Below, piece after piece: positions 36,240-50,700 of a stretch of 64,000 bases of DNA. The notes under the pieces are model-generated. The model had not been told where the DNA came from, searched no databases, and saw nothing but the letters and a program-made list of their open reading frames with translations. This DNA is from the human T2T-CHM13v2.0 reference genome, Homo sapiens, in the NCBI GenBank assembly GCA_009914755.4, contig CP068257.2:26528001-26592000 (forward strand), written 5' to 3'. Made by a program: the position numbers and the translations under genes. Numbering within the stretch: position 1 is the first letter of the stretch; each line of letters begins with the position of its first letter.

Positions 36240-38590
36240 AAAGATAATTGCAGAAAGCCTTTCTGCTAAGATCTGGAACACAATAGGGATTCACACTGTC
36301 TCCACTGTTATTCAACATAGTACTGAAAGTCCTAGCCAATGCAATCAGACAAGATCAAGATATAACGGGAATCCAAACTGGAAAGGAAGAAATCAAATTA
36401 CCTTTGTTTGCAGATGATATGATCTTATATTTGGAAAAACCTTAAGGCTCTAAAAGAAAACTATTAGAACTGATAAACAAATTGAGTAAAGTCAAAGGAT
36501 ACAAAATCAACATACAAAAATTAGTTGCATTTCTATATACCAAAGTGAACAATGTGGAATGGAAATTTAAAAAGTAATCCCATTTACTGTAGCCACACAG
36601 AAAATTAAATACCTAGGAATTAACTTAGCCAAAGAAGTTAACGATTTGTTTAATGGAAACTATAAGACACTGAAGAAAGAAATTGAAGAAAACATTGAAA
36701 AAAATTGGAAAATAGTATATGTTCATGGATTGGAAGAATCAATATTGTTAAAATGTCCAACAATGTTCCAAAGCAATCTGCAAATTCAATGCAATCCTTA
36801 TCAAAATATCCATGACATTCTTCACAGAAATAGAAAAAAAATCCTAAAATTTATATAGAACCACAAAATACCCAGAATAGCCAATGCGGTTCTTGGTCAA
36901 AAGGTGCCAAGAACATACACTGGGGAAAAGGCAGTCTCTTCTTCAACAAATGGTGCCAGGAAAACCGGATATACACATGCAAAAGAATGAAACAAAATAC
37001 CAATGAAACCTTGGTATTTTGATAAGGATTGCATTGAATTTGTAGATTTATTTGGAACATTTTTGGACATTCTAACAATATTGATTCTTCCAATCCATGA
37101 GCATAGACTATTTTCCCATTTTTCAGTGTTTTCTTTCTTCAGTGTCTTATAGTTTCCATTATACAAATCGTTCACTTCTTTGGCTAAGTTAATCCCTATC
37201 TCTCACCATATACAGAAAGCAAATCAAAATGGATTAAACAATTAAATCTAAAACCTCAAACTATGAAACTACTACAACAAAACATTGGGGAAATTTCCAG
37301 GTTATTGGTCTGATCAAAGATTTCTTGAGCAATACTCCAGAAGCACAAGCAACCAAAGCATATATGAACAAATGAGATTACATCAAGTTAAAAAGCTTAA
37401 GCTTAAAAAGCTTTAAAAGCAGGAATATGGAGAAACTAGAACAACCATATATTGCTTGTGAGAATATACAGTAGTGCTGTAGTGTGCAGCAAAGGATACA
37501 ATCAACAAAGTGTAGAGACAACTCACAGAATGGAAGAAAAGATTTGCAGACCACCCATCTGAACAAGAGATTAATAACTGGAATATATAAATAGCTCAAA
37601 CAATTCCATAGGAAAAAATCTAATAACCTAATCAAAAATGGGCAAAAGATTTTGAATAGACATTTCTCAAAAGAAGACATACAAATGGAAAACAGGCATA
37701 CGAAAAGGTGCCCAACATCACTGATCGTCAGAGAAATGCCAATCAAAATTACAATAAGATATCATCTCACCCCAGTTAAAATGACTTATATGCAAAAGAC
37801 AGACAATAACAAATGCTGGCTAGGATGTGGAGAAAAAGAAACCCTTGAACACTGTTGGTGGCAATGTAAATTAGTACAACTACTATGGAGAACAGCTTGG
37901 AGATTCCTCAAAAATTAAAAACTGAGCTACCGTATAATCTAGTAATCCCACTGTTGGGTATATAAGCAAAATAAAGAAAATCAGTATGTTGAAGAGATGT
38001 TTGCACTTCTATGTTTGTTGTAGCGCTCTTTACAATAGCTAATATTTGGAAGCAATCTAAGTGACCATCAAGAGACAAATGGATAAACAAAATGTGGTAC
38101 ACATACACAACGGAATGCTATTCAATTATAAAAAAGAATGAGATCCATTCATTTGCAACAACATGGATAGAACTGGAGGTCATTAAGTGAAATAAGCCAA
38201 GCACAAAAAGCCAAACATTGCATGTCCTTCCTTAATTGTGGGATCTTAAAATCAAAACAATTGAACTCATGGACATAGAGTGTAGATGGATGGTTTCTAG
38301 AGGCTGGGAAGGGTAGTGAGGGGTTGGGGAAAAGTTTGGGATGGTTAATGGGTACAAAGAAAATAGGTAGAAAGAATGAATAAGACCTATTATTTGATAG
38401 CACAATAGGGTGACTACAGTCAATAATAATTGTAGATTTTAATATAACTTAAAGAGTGTGATTGTATTGCTTGCAACTCAAAAGATTAATGCTTGAGGGG
38501 ATGGATACACCATTCTCCATGATGTGCTTATTTCATATTGCATGTCTATATTAAAACATTTCGTGTTTTTCATGTTTTTCATCAAAACAT
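36240..38590 (+). mobile_element. Old L1 (L1P/L1M) 3' ~2.3 kb, sense, carrying an internal inverted duplication
   Basis: ..[78 protein letters not shown]..; ORF 37652..37918 ([88 protein letters not shown]) is classic L1 ORF2 C-terminal region; 3' UTR to ~38590. Confidence 0.85.
36620..37200. repeat. Inverted duplication within L1 ORF2: arm A 36620-36830 (sense), arm A' 37020-37200 (reverse complement, ~92% identity, one 12-bp indel), ~190-bp spacer
   Basis: ORF 36646..36858 (+) ..NGNYKTLKKEIEENIEKNWKIVYVHGLEESILLKCPTMFQSNLQIQCNPYQNI.. mirrored by minus-strand ORFs 36851..37093 (..MEESILLECPKMFQINLQIQCNPYQNT..) and 36897..37175 (..NGNYKTLKKENTEKWENSLCSWIGRINIV..); sense L1 resumes exactly after arm A' (..MKLDPYL region). 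Confidence 0.8.
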
Positions 38591-38699
38591 TTAATTCATC
38601 CTATAAATACATACACCTACTATGTACTCACAAAAATTGAAAATAAAAATAATCATATATTTTTGTAGGTATATAAGCTCATGAAGTTATTTTAAAATC

Positions 38700-39107
38700 T
38701 ACAACTTATTGATTTATACATATACACCATGGAATACTACACAACCACAGAAATGAATGAGATCATGTCTTTAAAGGGGTATGGCTGGAGCTGGAGGTCA
38801 GTAGTCTCAGAAACTCACAGGAACAGAAAACTAAATACCATATGTTCTCACTTATAAGTGGGAGCTAAGTAATGAAAATACATGGACACATAGTGGGGAG
38901 CAACACACACTGGGCTTATTGGAGGGTGGAGGATGGGAGGAGAGAGAGGATCAAGAAAAATAACTAATGGGTACTAGGCTTAATACCTGGGTGATAAATA
39001 ACCTGTACAACAAACCCTCATGACACAAGTTGCCTTATGTAACAAAACTACACATGTAGCCCTGAACTTAAAATAAAAGTTAAAAAAAGATAATTATACC
39101 TTTAAAA
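38700..39107 (+). mobile_element. L1PA/L1PB-like 3' end fragment (ORF2 C-terminus, 3' UTR, short A-rich tail)
   Basis: ..HIYTMEYYTTTEMNEIMSL..TKYHMFSLISGS..; ..GGGTACTAGGCTTAATACCTGGGTGATAAATAACCTGTACAACAAACCCTCATGACACAAGTTGCCTTATGTAACAAAACTACACATGTAGCCCTGAACTTAAAATAAAAG. Confidence 0.8.
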
Positions 39108-40352
39108 ATTGTTATAAAATGATCAATAAAAGCTCTCGCCAGTTGCAATTGTTGCTAGAGTTCTTTAATCAATAGAACAAGAACTGTTGTACTTTATTAA
39201 ATACCAACATGGTAAAAGTTTATATTTTTATTGAGCCTTGCCACATAGACAAAGCATTCATACCAATCATCTCATTTGCTTCACTCAATATTCCTATGAG
39301 GCAGGGGTAGCATCTAATATTTTTATTTTCTACATAAAGAAGCAGTTTCACAGTAGTTTGACGATTTATCCAAATTCACCCCGTTACATTTTGGTGAACT
39401 GTGGAGGAGGGAGGATAACTGAACTGCCTTCTCTCAGATCTACATTGTGCCCATCTTTAGCTTTACTGCATTTTTCAGGAACTTACATTGTTTATGAAGC
39501 CCTTGGCGTCAGGTTTCCAGGTTGGATCTGAAACAGAAGGCTGGATGCAATGATTGTAATTCTAGAGGCAGGAGATAGGGCATTTCCCTTTCTCTCTTCT
39601 TCCTGTGATGTCTCTGGTTGTAGCTGCTTCCTCTGTGCCTCTAGCTCTTTTCTCCAGCCCATCACTCCTATTTACAAGCAGCTGGGAGGCAGCCATGATT
39701 TCTGGATTCCAATGGTAACAACACCTGCTCTCACTGACCTTCAGGTGTGACGTTAACAGCTTCCTTGTTGTTGCTGATTTCTGGGTGGCCCCGCTCTCAA
39801 GTCTTTTCCCCAATTCCTGTATCAAATAACCTCAGTTTGAAAAACCTAAAGTGGTTTTATTTTTCTGCCTAGATCTTAACTGCTATTTGAAAATATACCA
39901 ATAAGCTTTCCATATTTCAAATTATTAATCTCAACCCAATGTTTCTATTTCATGAAATAGTGTTTTTCCATCATTTGCTTAGAATAAAAAATAGCTATAT
40001 TTTACTGTCCTTTATTCCTTCTGTATTACTGATGTATACTCTATGGGCTTACTACGATTGTGTTGTATTTGAGTTTCTTAAGGTGTTTTTCATTACATCC
40101 CTTTGATTATAATAAAAGTTAATGTGATAAACAAAATGGTCAATGTAGTGGTTAAGATAAAGGACAGAATATAATTCCTCTCTGCCTCTCAAAAGCTGTA
40201 GGAAGTTGAGTTACTTTGTCTCTCAGCTTGGTATTAATAGGAATAATAGTTCATATGACTGAGAATTATTGTGAAGAATGAATGAATGAATATGTGAAAA
40301 GCACATGATGTATTGCCTGTTACATAGCACTAATAAAAAAGTAGAAATTTTT

Positions 40353-40682
<330 letters not shown>

Positions 40683-40996
40683 TTATTTGAGAATTTGGAG
40701 AAAACAGAAAACATAAAGATTATTGTGACTGACATAATTATGAATCTAGAACCATTTATTTTGGATTGTGAGAATTTAAATCGTTAATTAATGTATATGT
40801 GTACATGTATATAGTGTGTGTGTATATGGCTGCAAATAATATTTATGTAAACATATAGCATTATATAACGAAATTTTAATCCACTTTTGTAAAATCTTTC
40901 CATTTTAAACTTCAGGAATTTAAGAAAAAATAATATGCATCTAAAGTTTTAATACCTTAAAAAATACATTACTTGATTAAAACAAAATTAATTTCA

Positions 40997-41291
<295 letters not shown>

Positions 41292-41485
41292 ATTTCAAAG
41301 TGTTTGCAAAAAAAAGCATTTTACGAATGCCAAATGTATTACTGAAGAACAACAAAATAATTCAAGTAAAGGAGGATTTTACTACCTTGGATTTATTATA
41401 AGAAAATGCAAGGGTCTTCAGCTATGGAGAAAACCCTGGGAAATATAATAAATTAGACAATCTCTTTATGTAACTCTTTTGCTTT

Positions 41486-41808
41486 TTCTTTTCTTTTTTT
41501 TTTTTTTCTTTTTTTTTCTATTTTGAGACAGAGTTTTGCTCTCGTTGCCAGGCTGGAGTGCAATGGCGCGATCTCAGTTCACTGCAACCTCTGCCTCCCC
41601 GGGTTCAAGCGATTCTCCTGCCTCAGCCTCCCGAGTAGCTGGGATTACAGGGATGTGCCACCAAGCCTGGCTAATTTTGTATTTTTAGTAGAGATGGGGT
41701 TTCTCCATGTTGGTCAGGCTGGTCTTGAACTCCCGATCTCAGATGATCGGCCCGCCTCGGCCTCCCAAAGTCCTGGCATTACAGGCGTGAGCCACCACGC
41801 CCGGTCCT
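41486..41808 (-). mobile_element. Alu element (minus strand) with poly-T and 17-bp TSD
   Basis: poly-T then GAGACAGAGTTTTGCTCTCGTTGCCAGGCTGGAGTGCAATGGCGCGATCTCAGTTCACTGCAACCTCTGCCTCCCCGGGTTCAAGCGATTCTCCTGCCTCAGCCTCCCGAGTAGCTGGGATTACAGG..GGCGTGAGCCACCACGCCCGGTC; TSD tatgtaactcttttgct (41468-41484) / tatgtaattcttttgct (41809-41825). Confidence 0.92.
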
Positions 41809-41947
41809 ATGTAATTCTTTTGCTAGATGAGCTAGATTAGTGCATAATAGTGATGATTTGGTTATTTCTGAAGTACTGCTTCTTTTGTCTGTTCCAGTGT
41901 TGTGTCATAGAAGATCCTTTGACAACCATTTGCAGAAAGTTCTTTAA

Positions 41948-41968
41948 AACAACAACAACAACAACAAC
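41948..41968. repeat. (CAA)n microsatellite
   Basis: caacaacaacaacaacaacaa. Confidence 0.9.
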
Positions 41969-44900
41969 ACTGAAAATGGCACTTGGGAAAAGATGCCTTT
42001 TATCTAAGGCTGGAGAGAAAGAAAAGTCCAAGAACATGGCAGAATAAAACAGAGGCTTAGGGACAAGTCTACAGATGGAATCAGCCAGAAGCAAATTCTA
42101 TTCTTCCTGCATCAAATACAAAAGAAAGTAAAAGTGATGAAGCCAAGGATCTATACAACTATGAAAATTCATAGTAATTGCAGGAACTATCCCAAAAAGC
42201 AAACTTGAAAGCAACTTCAAGTTCTGAATGACAAAATTTAGCAGTCAATTGGGACACTGAATTAATAAAAGATTTATATTATGCAAGCTACAGCTGACGT
42301 CCACATTGTAGAAACAAGCGCTCTCTTCTGACTCGTTCCAAGTATACATTATTTTTAAATCATGTCTTAAAATTTAGCCAAAATGGAACTCGAGAGAGCA
42401 TTATGTAAATCTCACTTCTTGTTTCAATTCCCTCAAAAGTCCCTAGGTCCCATATCAGTAAAGGCTACATATGTGGAATAAGGTTTATAATGTATATAAA
42501 ACAGAAACCTTCACTGTAACAATAGAACAATAGTCATCCTTGATTTGCTGCTTTATAACCTACCTACTACGTTTATGCAGGGTTACAGCGGGGCTCTGTA
42601 AATAATCCCACAAACTCCAAGGAGTACGAGTCTTTGTGTGGAATTCAAGATGTTAATTTTTTCTTTTCTAACTAAATTAACTCCACATGTTTTTTGCTGC
42701 AACTAATCTCTTTCCTGTGGAATTAGGCATGGTCTGACTCATTATTTACTTTTTGAACATGACAATTTACTCCAGAGTAGTCCTCATTTCACATAGCCTC
42801 AGGCTCCTAGGCCATTTATGTGCACCCAGCATTATTGCTGATCTTTGTAGTTAAGATGTGGATTCTGGAAGGAAATCATAAGACCACCAATATCCAGACT
42901 AATGCAACTCGGCCAGCCATCTCGTCAATGGCAGGCTTTAGATAGTATGTGTCTGGGGAGAAATAATTTCTAAGGTGTCTACAGAACTTTAGGACTGATA
43001 AAGTTCTCCCAAACATTCCTAAAATGAGTAAGATTTATATTAATTGAGACTGTCCTAAACATCAGACCTTTATCCTTACTTACGATATTGGTAATCCTAA
43101 CAATGATAAGGTGGAAAATATAACCCATTTTCAACATGAAGAGACACTCATACAGCTAATAAGTAACAGAGCAGAGATTCAAAACCAGCTTCTTTGACGC
43201 CAAAGCCAATGCTTTGAAATGAAGCATTTCCATCATTTCTTTTCAAAGTAGCCTGTGGCAGAGACAAGCAGAGATCACTGTGACCCCTCAGAGTTATAAA
43301 CCAAAGCTCATAAAAATAAATTGACTTATTAAGGCCTCAGAGCTTAGAGATAGAATCTGATCCACAGCCTGACTATAAGGATTCTCTGTGCTGTGCTTAT
43401 TTATTTTTTCCACCATTAAATTTACTTAAATCATTTAGCTGAAGGTCCAACTTAGGACACTATGAAGTGTTCTTAGGTAGAGAGGAAGGATAGTGGAAGG
43501 GAGAGAGAAAGGAGACGAGAGGTGAAACATGAATTTTTTAAGTGAAGAATCTATGTGCTATTTGTTTTGTATCCATAACACCGTAACATTCATAGTAGGT
43601 AGCATGGTGTCCTGAACATAGCGACAATAGACATTTAATGACTATATAAGTTAGGTGAATAAAAATAAGAACCCGTTTGTAATTTTTTTCATCTATTTGT
43701 TTTCATAATAAAGACCTCATTTTTTATTATGATGATTGCCTGAATATCTGTATACCTTGGTTTAGTTCTGCCCCACCTTTAATTTCAGCTGTGTCACAGT
43801 GAATTGCTTTCACCTTCCTGAACTTGATTTTTCTCATGAATATAATATAGAAGTTAGATTAATTAAGTTTAAAATGCTTTCAAACTAAGGTGTATCTGAC
43901 ATAGACAATCTTTTTCAAAAAATGTTTCGTCGTAGGATGACAATCTGGTAGTGAAATTTCCAGCCATATGCAGATATTGATTATATTATATGTGATCTCA
44001 AACGTTTCCAGCAACTTGGTACAAGATAGCAACAAAACTTCTGATGTTCTTAATATTTGCTAAGCACCTGTTTATTTTTCATTTATTCTTTATTTCAGCA
44101 AGGAATTATTGAAAGACCCCTATGTGAAAGTGCTGGATTAGAAGAATTTCAAGACAACAATGACTGGTGTTCTGAATTACACACAAGATGCCACAGAAGG
44201 GAAAAAGATGTGTTTAATGATATTTCTCATTCAACAGGATAGATAACATTTGGACTTGAAGGGAGAGTAGCTGTTCTCTTGCAGCAGGTAGCAAGAGCTG
44301 GCCAGCCAAAAGGGCAGCATGTCATGATAACTTTGGGGGATACCAAATTTCTCAGTATAGCCAGTGCAGAGGGGGTTAATGAGGGTAGAGCAGATAATGC
44401 TGAGCAGGTAGGCAGGCCCAAGGCCTAAAGGATCCTCTACACCACTCTCAGTTTTTCTATCATATTGTGGGTTATAAGCAATTACTTAAGAACTTTTGGA
44501 AGATGAGTGACATAATTATATTTACATTTTGAAAAATCAATATGGCAGTCAGTGGAGGGATGAGGAATGGCAAAGTGGAAAGGAACCCAGTCGTTGAGAT
44601 AGATAAGGTGGGAAAACCTGAAGGTCTCAACTGAGATTGTCACTTAGGCACAGGAATGATGCATGAGACTTTCTGCCATACTCAACCTGATCCAAGCTTC
44701 CCGTCAGGTGTCATACCAAAGAATAGCCTGGTATGTTTTACATTAAAATACATTTTCTGAAACAAAAGAAAACGTGAGAAAAGCCCAATGTGTGAGTAGG
44801 TAACAACTAATCAAGTAATTAAACCAAGGCTTTGAGAAAATATCACCATGCCATCGTCTGGATGACAAGAATGTGGTTGCAGATACCTTAAGTCAGAGTG

Positions 44901-45974
44901 AAAAGTATGGAATACTGGATTGGCAAGGAACAAACTCGGAAAATATACTTCTCTAAAAATAGACGCATTGTTCCTTATTTGCTGGGTCCTTTAGGTACTA
45001 CTTGATTTGGAAGGAAAGAAATAGATGTGTTGCATATTCTTACAGATATTTTTTTAATGTAAATAGATTTTTCTTCATATTAGGGGAATGTATTTGGATT
45101 TGAAATTCAAATACATTTTCAAATTTGTGCCTGAACCATCATCCATCTGGTTCTCCTCCTCACACCCACCACACACCTACCTCTGTATCTCTCTCTTAAT
45201 GTTTTTATTTCATTGCTTTTCTGCCCAATGGATCAGAACCTCTAGAACCATACATAAATAAAAGATCTAGAGCCTGCCTTAACCGTGGTTTTCCCCACCT
45301 CCTATAATGCCTTTGCAGTTGTTCCAGAAGCTGCTATTAGTAACCCCCTCCCCACAAACCGTTGTAATTTCTCTGCTATAAGAAACTTATGAGCATCCAT
45401 ATCTTTGCTCTGGATCAGAACAGATATGTTGATAAACATTTCAATAATTAAAAAATGTAATTTTATCAGAAATAAAAAAAAATCATGCAGGTGAAAGAAA
45501 GGCAGATAAATAAGACACAAGAAATGATTGTGTCTATCATGAAGAAGTAGTGATCTGTGTCAGGAGAAAAACACACCATTCCCATACTTTATTTTGCCCA
45601 CAAAGTGAATTTGACACACTTAAATGTGTCAAATGTGCATTTGACTATAGTGCAAATGCACTATAAATGTGCATTTGACACACTTAGTTTGACTACATAT
45701 AATGGATTAGATAAAAAGAGGTAGTTTTCTAAGTACAAAGTAGAAACCATGATTTCTTTAAACTGGGTATAAATTGGAAAAAAAAATACTCAACAGAGTG
45801 TTGTGGTGTATCATTAATATTTTAGGAAATTTCTAATATTAAACTATTTCTAGTTTTAAGAAGTTTAGACACAGAAAAACAATACATATTTATATAATAT
45901 CTTTTCAAAGTATTTCATCAATATTTTAATCTCGTTAACTTTTCTCCCACTTTCTTAAGAATCAAAATTCCTTT

Positions 45975-46430
45975 TTAACTTTAATTCGAGTTCATGGGTA
46001 CATGTGCAGGTTGGTTATATACGTAAACTTGTTATGTATGTAAACTTGTGTCACGGGGGGTTGTTGAACAGATTATTTCAACTGTTGGTACTAAGCCTAG
46101 TACCAACAGTTATTTTTCTTGATCCTCTCTCCCTCCTCCTACCCTCCACCTTCTGATAGGACCCAGTGTGTGTTGCTCCCATCTATGTGTCCATGTGTTC
46201 TTAGGATTTAGCTCCCACTTATAAATGAGAACATGTGGTATTTGGTTTTCTGTTCCTGCATTAGTTTGCTAATGATAATGACCTCCAGCTCCATCTATGT
46301 CCCTGCAAAGGACACCATCTCATTACTTTTATGGCTACATGGTATTCCATGGTATATATATGTAGCACTTTTTTTTATTTAGTCTATCATTGATGGGCAT
46401 TTAGGTTGATTAGAATCAAAACTCTTAACT
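45975..46430 (-). mobile_element. L1 (L1PA-like) 3' terminal fragment, minus strand
   Basis: Reverse complement of L1 ORF2 end and 3' UTR: ..TTATAAATGAGAACATGTGGTATTTGGTTTTCTGTTCCTGCATTAGTTTGCTAATGATAATGACCTCCAGCTCCATC..; ..GAGTTCATGGGTACATGTGCAGGTTGGTTATATACGTAAACTTGT.. Confidence 0.8.
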
Positions 46431-47430
46431 AACATTACTCATTTCTCTCTTTGAGGTTAGCATTTCAAAAGGTTTTGGCCAATTTTCTTTTCAAAATAAT
46501 AATGTTTGTCTATAAGTTCCTCAAGCCCTCTAACATCTTTTTAAATCTATAAATGCCTTTCAGTGTATTTTCATGCCTTTTCTAATGAGATTCAGACTTT
46601 GAAAAAAGATTCCTGTTGGTATCAAAACAAACCTAAATAAAAGTATTCTCTTTCATTATTTTATGATGATTCTAAAATTATATCTATTTTACTTACCATC
46701 ATTTTGCTTGATAATGCCCAGCTGATTTGATTATCATTTCTTGTCACAGGTAGAACTCTGAGGGCATAACCATATTTTATGCTCATTCCTCATTTTAAGT
46801 TGGTTATTTTCATCAAGCACTATGAGTTTAATCACTCTGAAGTAAGGTAATAGATGAGTTTACTGAAAACACAATTCATTTCCTAATTTTGCTGGCCAAA
46901 CGATACTACTCCATGTTCATAAACATGAAACTCTTCAAGGGATCTGCTTCAAGGGGAGGCAAGATGAATGTGCTCTTGGGAGTAGGACATTTAGAGATAC
47001 GGTAAATTACCTTGTCTAGGCACTGGCCAAGTGGTGCTGTGGAAAATCTCCAGGACATCTCAGCTGCATGAGCTAATTTGTCTCCCATGGACTTGTCTCT
47101 CAATGGCTTGGCTGTGGGCCTACTAAAGGAAAAAAGAAATTGTGTTTTTTACCTTCTCTAAAAATTGCACATTATTTGCACTTTTGAAATCTCATTTTGT
47201 TTCCATTCAGTGGTTATCAAAATTATTAACAAAAGCCAGATGACAATATTAATCATATTAAAGACTGTGTTTAATTTATATTTATAATGCTCATATAATG
47301 TCATAATGTTCTATGACTATACTACATAGGCCTCCTACAGATGATCAAATCTTTAGGTGAAATGTTTATTTTTTGTTTGTTTATGAACTGTCAATAGCCA
47401 TCCATGTGCTGTTAAAGATAAAGGTTTTGC

Positions 47431-47745
<315 letters not shown>

Positions 47746-50700
47746 TTTATAATATAGGTTGTTATAAAGAAAACAAAGAAGAATTATAGAAATATCTTTC
47801 TTATTTTGACTTCATAAAAGACAGCTTACTATATGTAACTCACTAGAGTTGTTAGACATCCCTAACAAGAAAGCTTGAGTAAGTCACTTAGTTATTTTAG
47901 AGTAGGTATGATTATTTAAATAATTTAAAGTTTCCTGTTGTTTTAAAGAAAAGATTTGTATCGTATTTTTTTAGAAAATGACTTTTCATGTAAGAAGGTC
48001 AATAATATGGCACACTTAAGGTAATATTCTCTATCATTTATTTTTTCATTTGACTTCTATGCTATTTAAAAATACAAAAAATAATAGTTTTGTATATGAG
48101 CATTTAGAAATGCTTTGGGATGATTCAAAATTTCCAAATCTTTCTACAAGTCAGGACTTTCAAAAGATATGAAGTAAGTACAGAAGTTTACATCATTCAT
48201 GCATCTGACATTGAATCAGATACTAATCAGAACCCTGGCTGAGCTGTCCTATAGCTAAGGGTTCAGCTGTTATGCATTAAATCAATTCTAAACGCACTTT
48301 TTCCAACTTCTTCCCATCCAAATCTATTTAATTTGTCGTGTGTCCTTCATTATATAAGAGAGATTTTCTGAACAAATTCTCTGGCTTGAGAGAATCTGTT
48401 CAACATATTTACACTAACGTGTTAGTGATTGGAAAAAAAAGCCAATGAGATTCAACCAATTAAATGAAAGAATTGAAACCTCAGCTACTGACTCAAATTA
48501 TTTTTGAATCGAGGGAATTTGCAGGATGAGCTTCCTGATGTCCTAGAATTGCTATAAGTTAATTACCCACCTGTAAATAAGAATATCTTCTTCAGGTATA
48601 TAATAATGAAAGTAAAAAAAATAGAATTTTTCTTTGGTGCATATTTCCCTCTTACTGTTCCCTGGGAAAAGTTACTATATTCCAGGACCAGATTGTTTTA
48701 CTTTGCTGTCTTTTCTAGCTCTAGAGTGATTTCAAATATTGGGTGTTCCTTCAAAGGAACAGAAATAGTACCAATTCACAATGCCATGCATTTGAGATAT
48801 AAATTAATCAGCAGGAATTCATCACATTGTAATCTAGAAGGATAGGGCAAATCGTAGCTCATAATTATCTAGAATTCCAGAAGAAATAGGACAGAAATAG
48901 GAAGCAAGAAGACAAAAAGCAGTCTTGGTTCTCGTATCACTAAAGAGTTTCAATGGCACGTGATCTCAAATGAAACCTGGTGGCCATTGCTCATGTGTTG
49001 TGTTCCACAGTAACTAGAGGGGTGCACATTTGGTCTGGAGCAATCTTCATAGAAGAGGGGACTAAAGCCCTAGAAAGCACGAGTTCAACTGGCTGCAGCC
49101 TGCAAATCAAAAGCATTCATTGAGAAAACATTAAGAACCCATGTACACAAACAATAGGGCTTAGGTATGGTTGCCACTCTAATAACAACTAAAAGAAGTT
49201 GTATGCTTCTCCTAGATGATACAAATTTTTTAAGTAATATATTTTCTCATTTCTTCTTTTGCTGCCAGAGTGCTTGGAGCTAAATCTGTAGGCATAATTT
49301 TAGCAACCATTTAAAAAATTATGACATATATATTTTTATACAATTTTTTCCTGATGTGTTGTTTGTATTTCTATTTTTTAACATCCTGAATTATGTTTTT
49401 CCCCTATTTACTGCTTGCATTCTAATAAACTGCTTCCATTGTTTTTGTAGAACTAAAACAAATATACTCAATCATATAACAGTCAACAAAGAAATAAATA
49501 CACAATAACAAAAGGTTTGCTACTCATCCCTTGCTTTTCTGCTTATTTACAATGATTCAGAGAATGGTTAGACTAAGGAAACGTGACCAAAATTAGCAAT
49601 ATTTATTTAACAATAAAAGCCAATCCTCTACACTCCATTAGCTCATCGTAACTATAGAGAGGATTATCTCAAAGTAGACAAGTCTAATGTGCAATTTAGA
49701 CTGTACATAACTAAAGGCACAGGATAGAACTGGCTTTTATTTTCTTCCTGGCGCATTCTCTAGTCAGCCTTCAATCATGAATACTTGTAGAGAGAAAACT
49801 TTACACAAGCCGGAGGCAATTGCTGAAGGTGGAGACTCAACCTTTGACTTCTGCCATACAGAAGTGACCAGCCTGAGAATATAGAGATTTCTTACCAATA
49901 GAATACAATGTAACAATTTTTAAATATTAATAAAATGCTGGAATTTCATTTCTTTCTCCCAAATGTTCCTGCTTTGCCTTCACGGAACTTCTTGATTTCC
50001 TGTCTCCCCTTTTCCCTCTCATCTTACTCCAAGACTTTTGTAAATAAACAGCATAATGGAGAAGACACTTTCTCATAAGGATATTTTTTAGTTGACTATG
50101 GTTGCATAACAGCCAACAGACCAAAATATTTCATCATCAAGAATGTCCAAGTGGCTGCCCAGAACCAGGAGAACTGATATGGAGTCGCATGAGATAATGT
50201 TGGCTGACTAAGGATGAGAATTTGAAAACTCCCTGTACCCTCGGGCTAGCTTAGAAACAGCGATGCTCTGCCAAGAGCTGGCTTTAGAGCTGGGCATATC
50301 TACATTGGAATTTCAACTCTGCCACTTCCTCTTCATGGAAACTTAAACATACCCTTTAATCTCTTGGGGTCTCAATTTCCTCATCTTTAAAATTAGCATA
50401 ATCCCTTTTGGGGTATTATAAATTAAATACTTCCTTATAAGAAACTTCAAATATCTGAGAAATATGATTTCAAAATGATATACTTGGGATTATGTTCTGA
50501 CTCACTGGAAAAATACCTTCTGTGTACAAGCACTATACCTGCTGCCTGGGATAAGAAATAAAATTCATGCTCTCTGTCCTCAGGTAGCAAAAGCTAACGT
50601 AGAAATTTGACTTATATATAACTACAGAACTGCTCATCAAATGTTTGAAGCAATTTTAGAAGTCAGGGATAGCGTTTGATGGTATTATGATCATTTTGCA

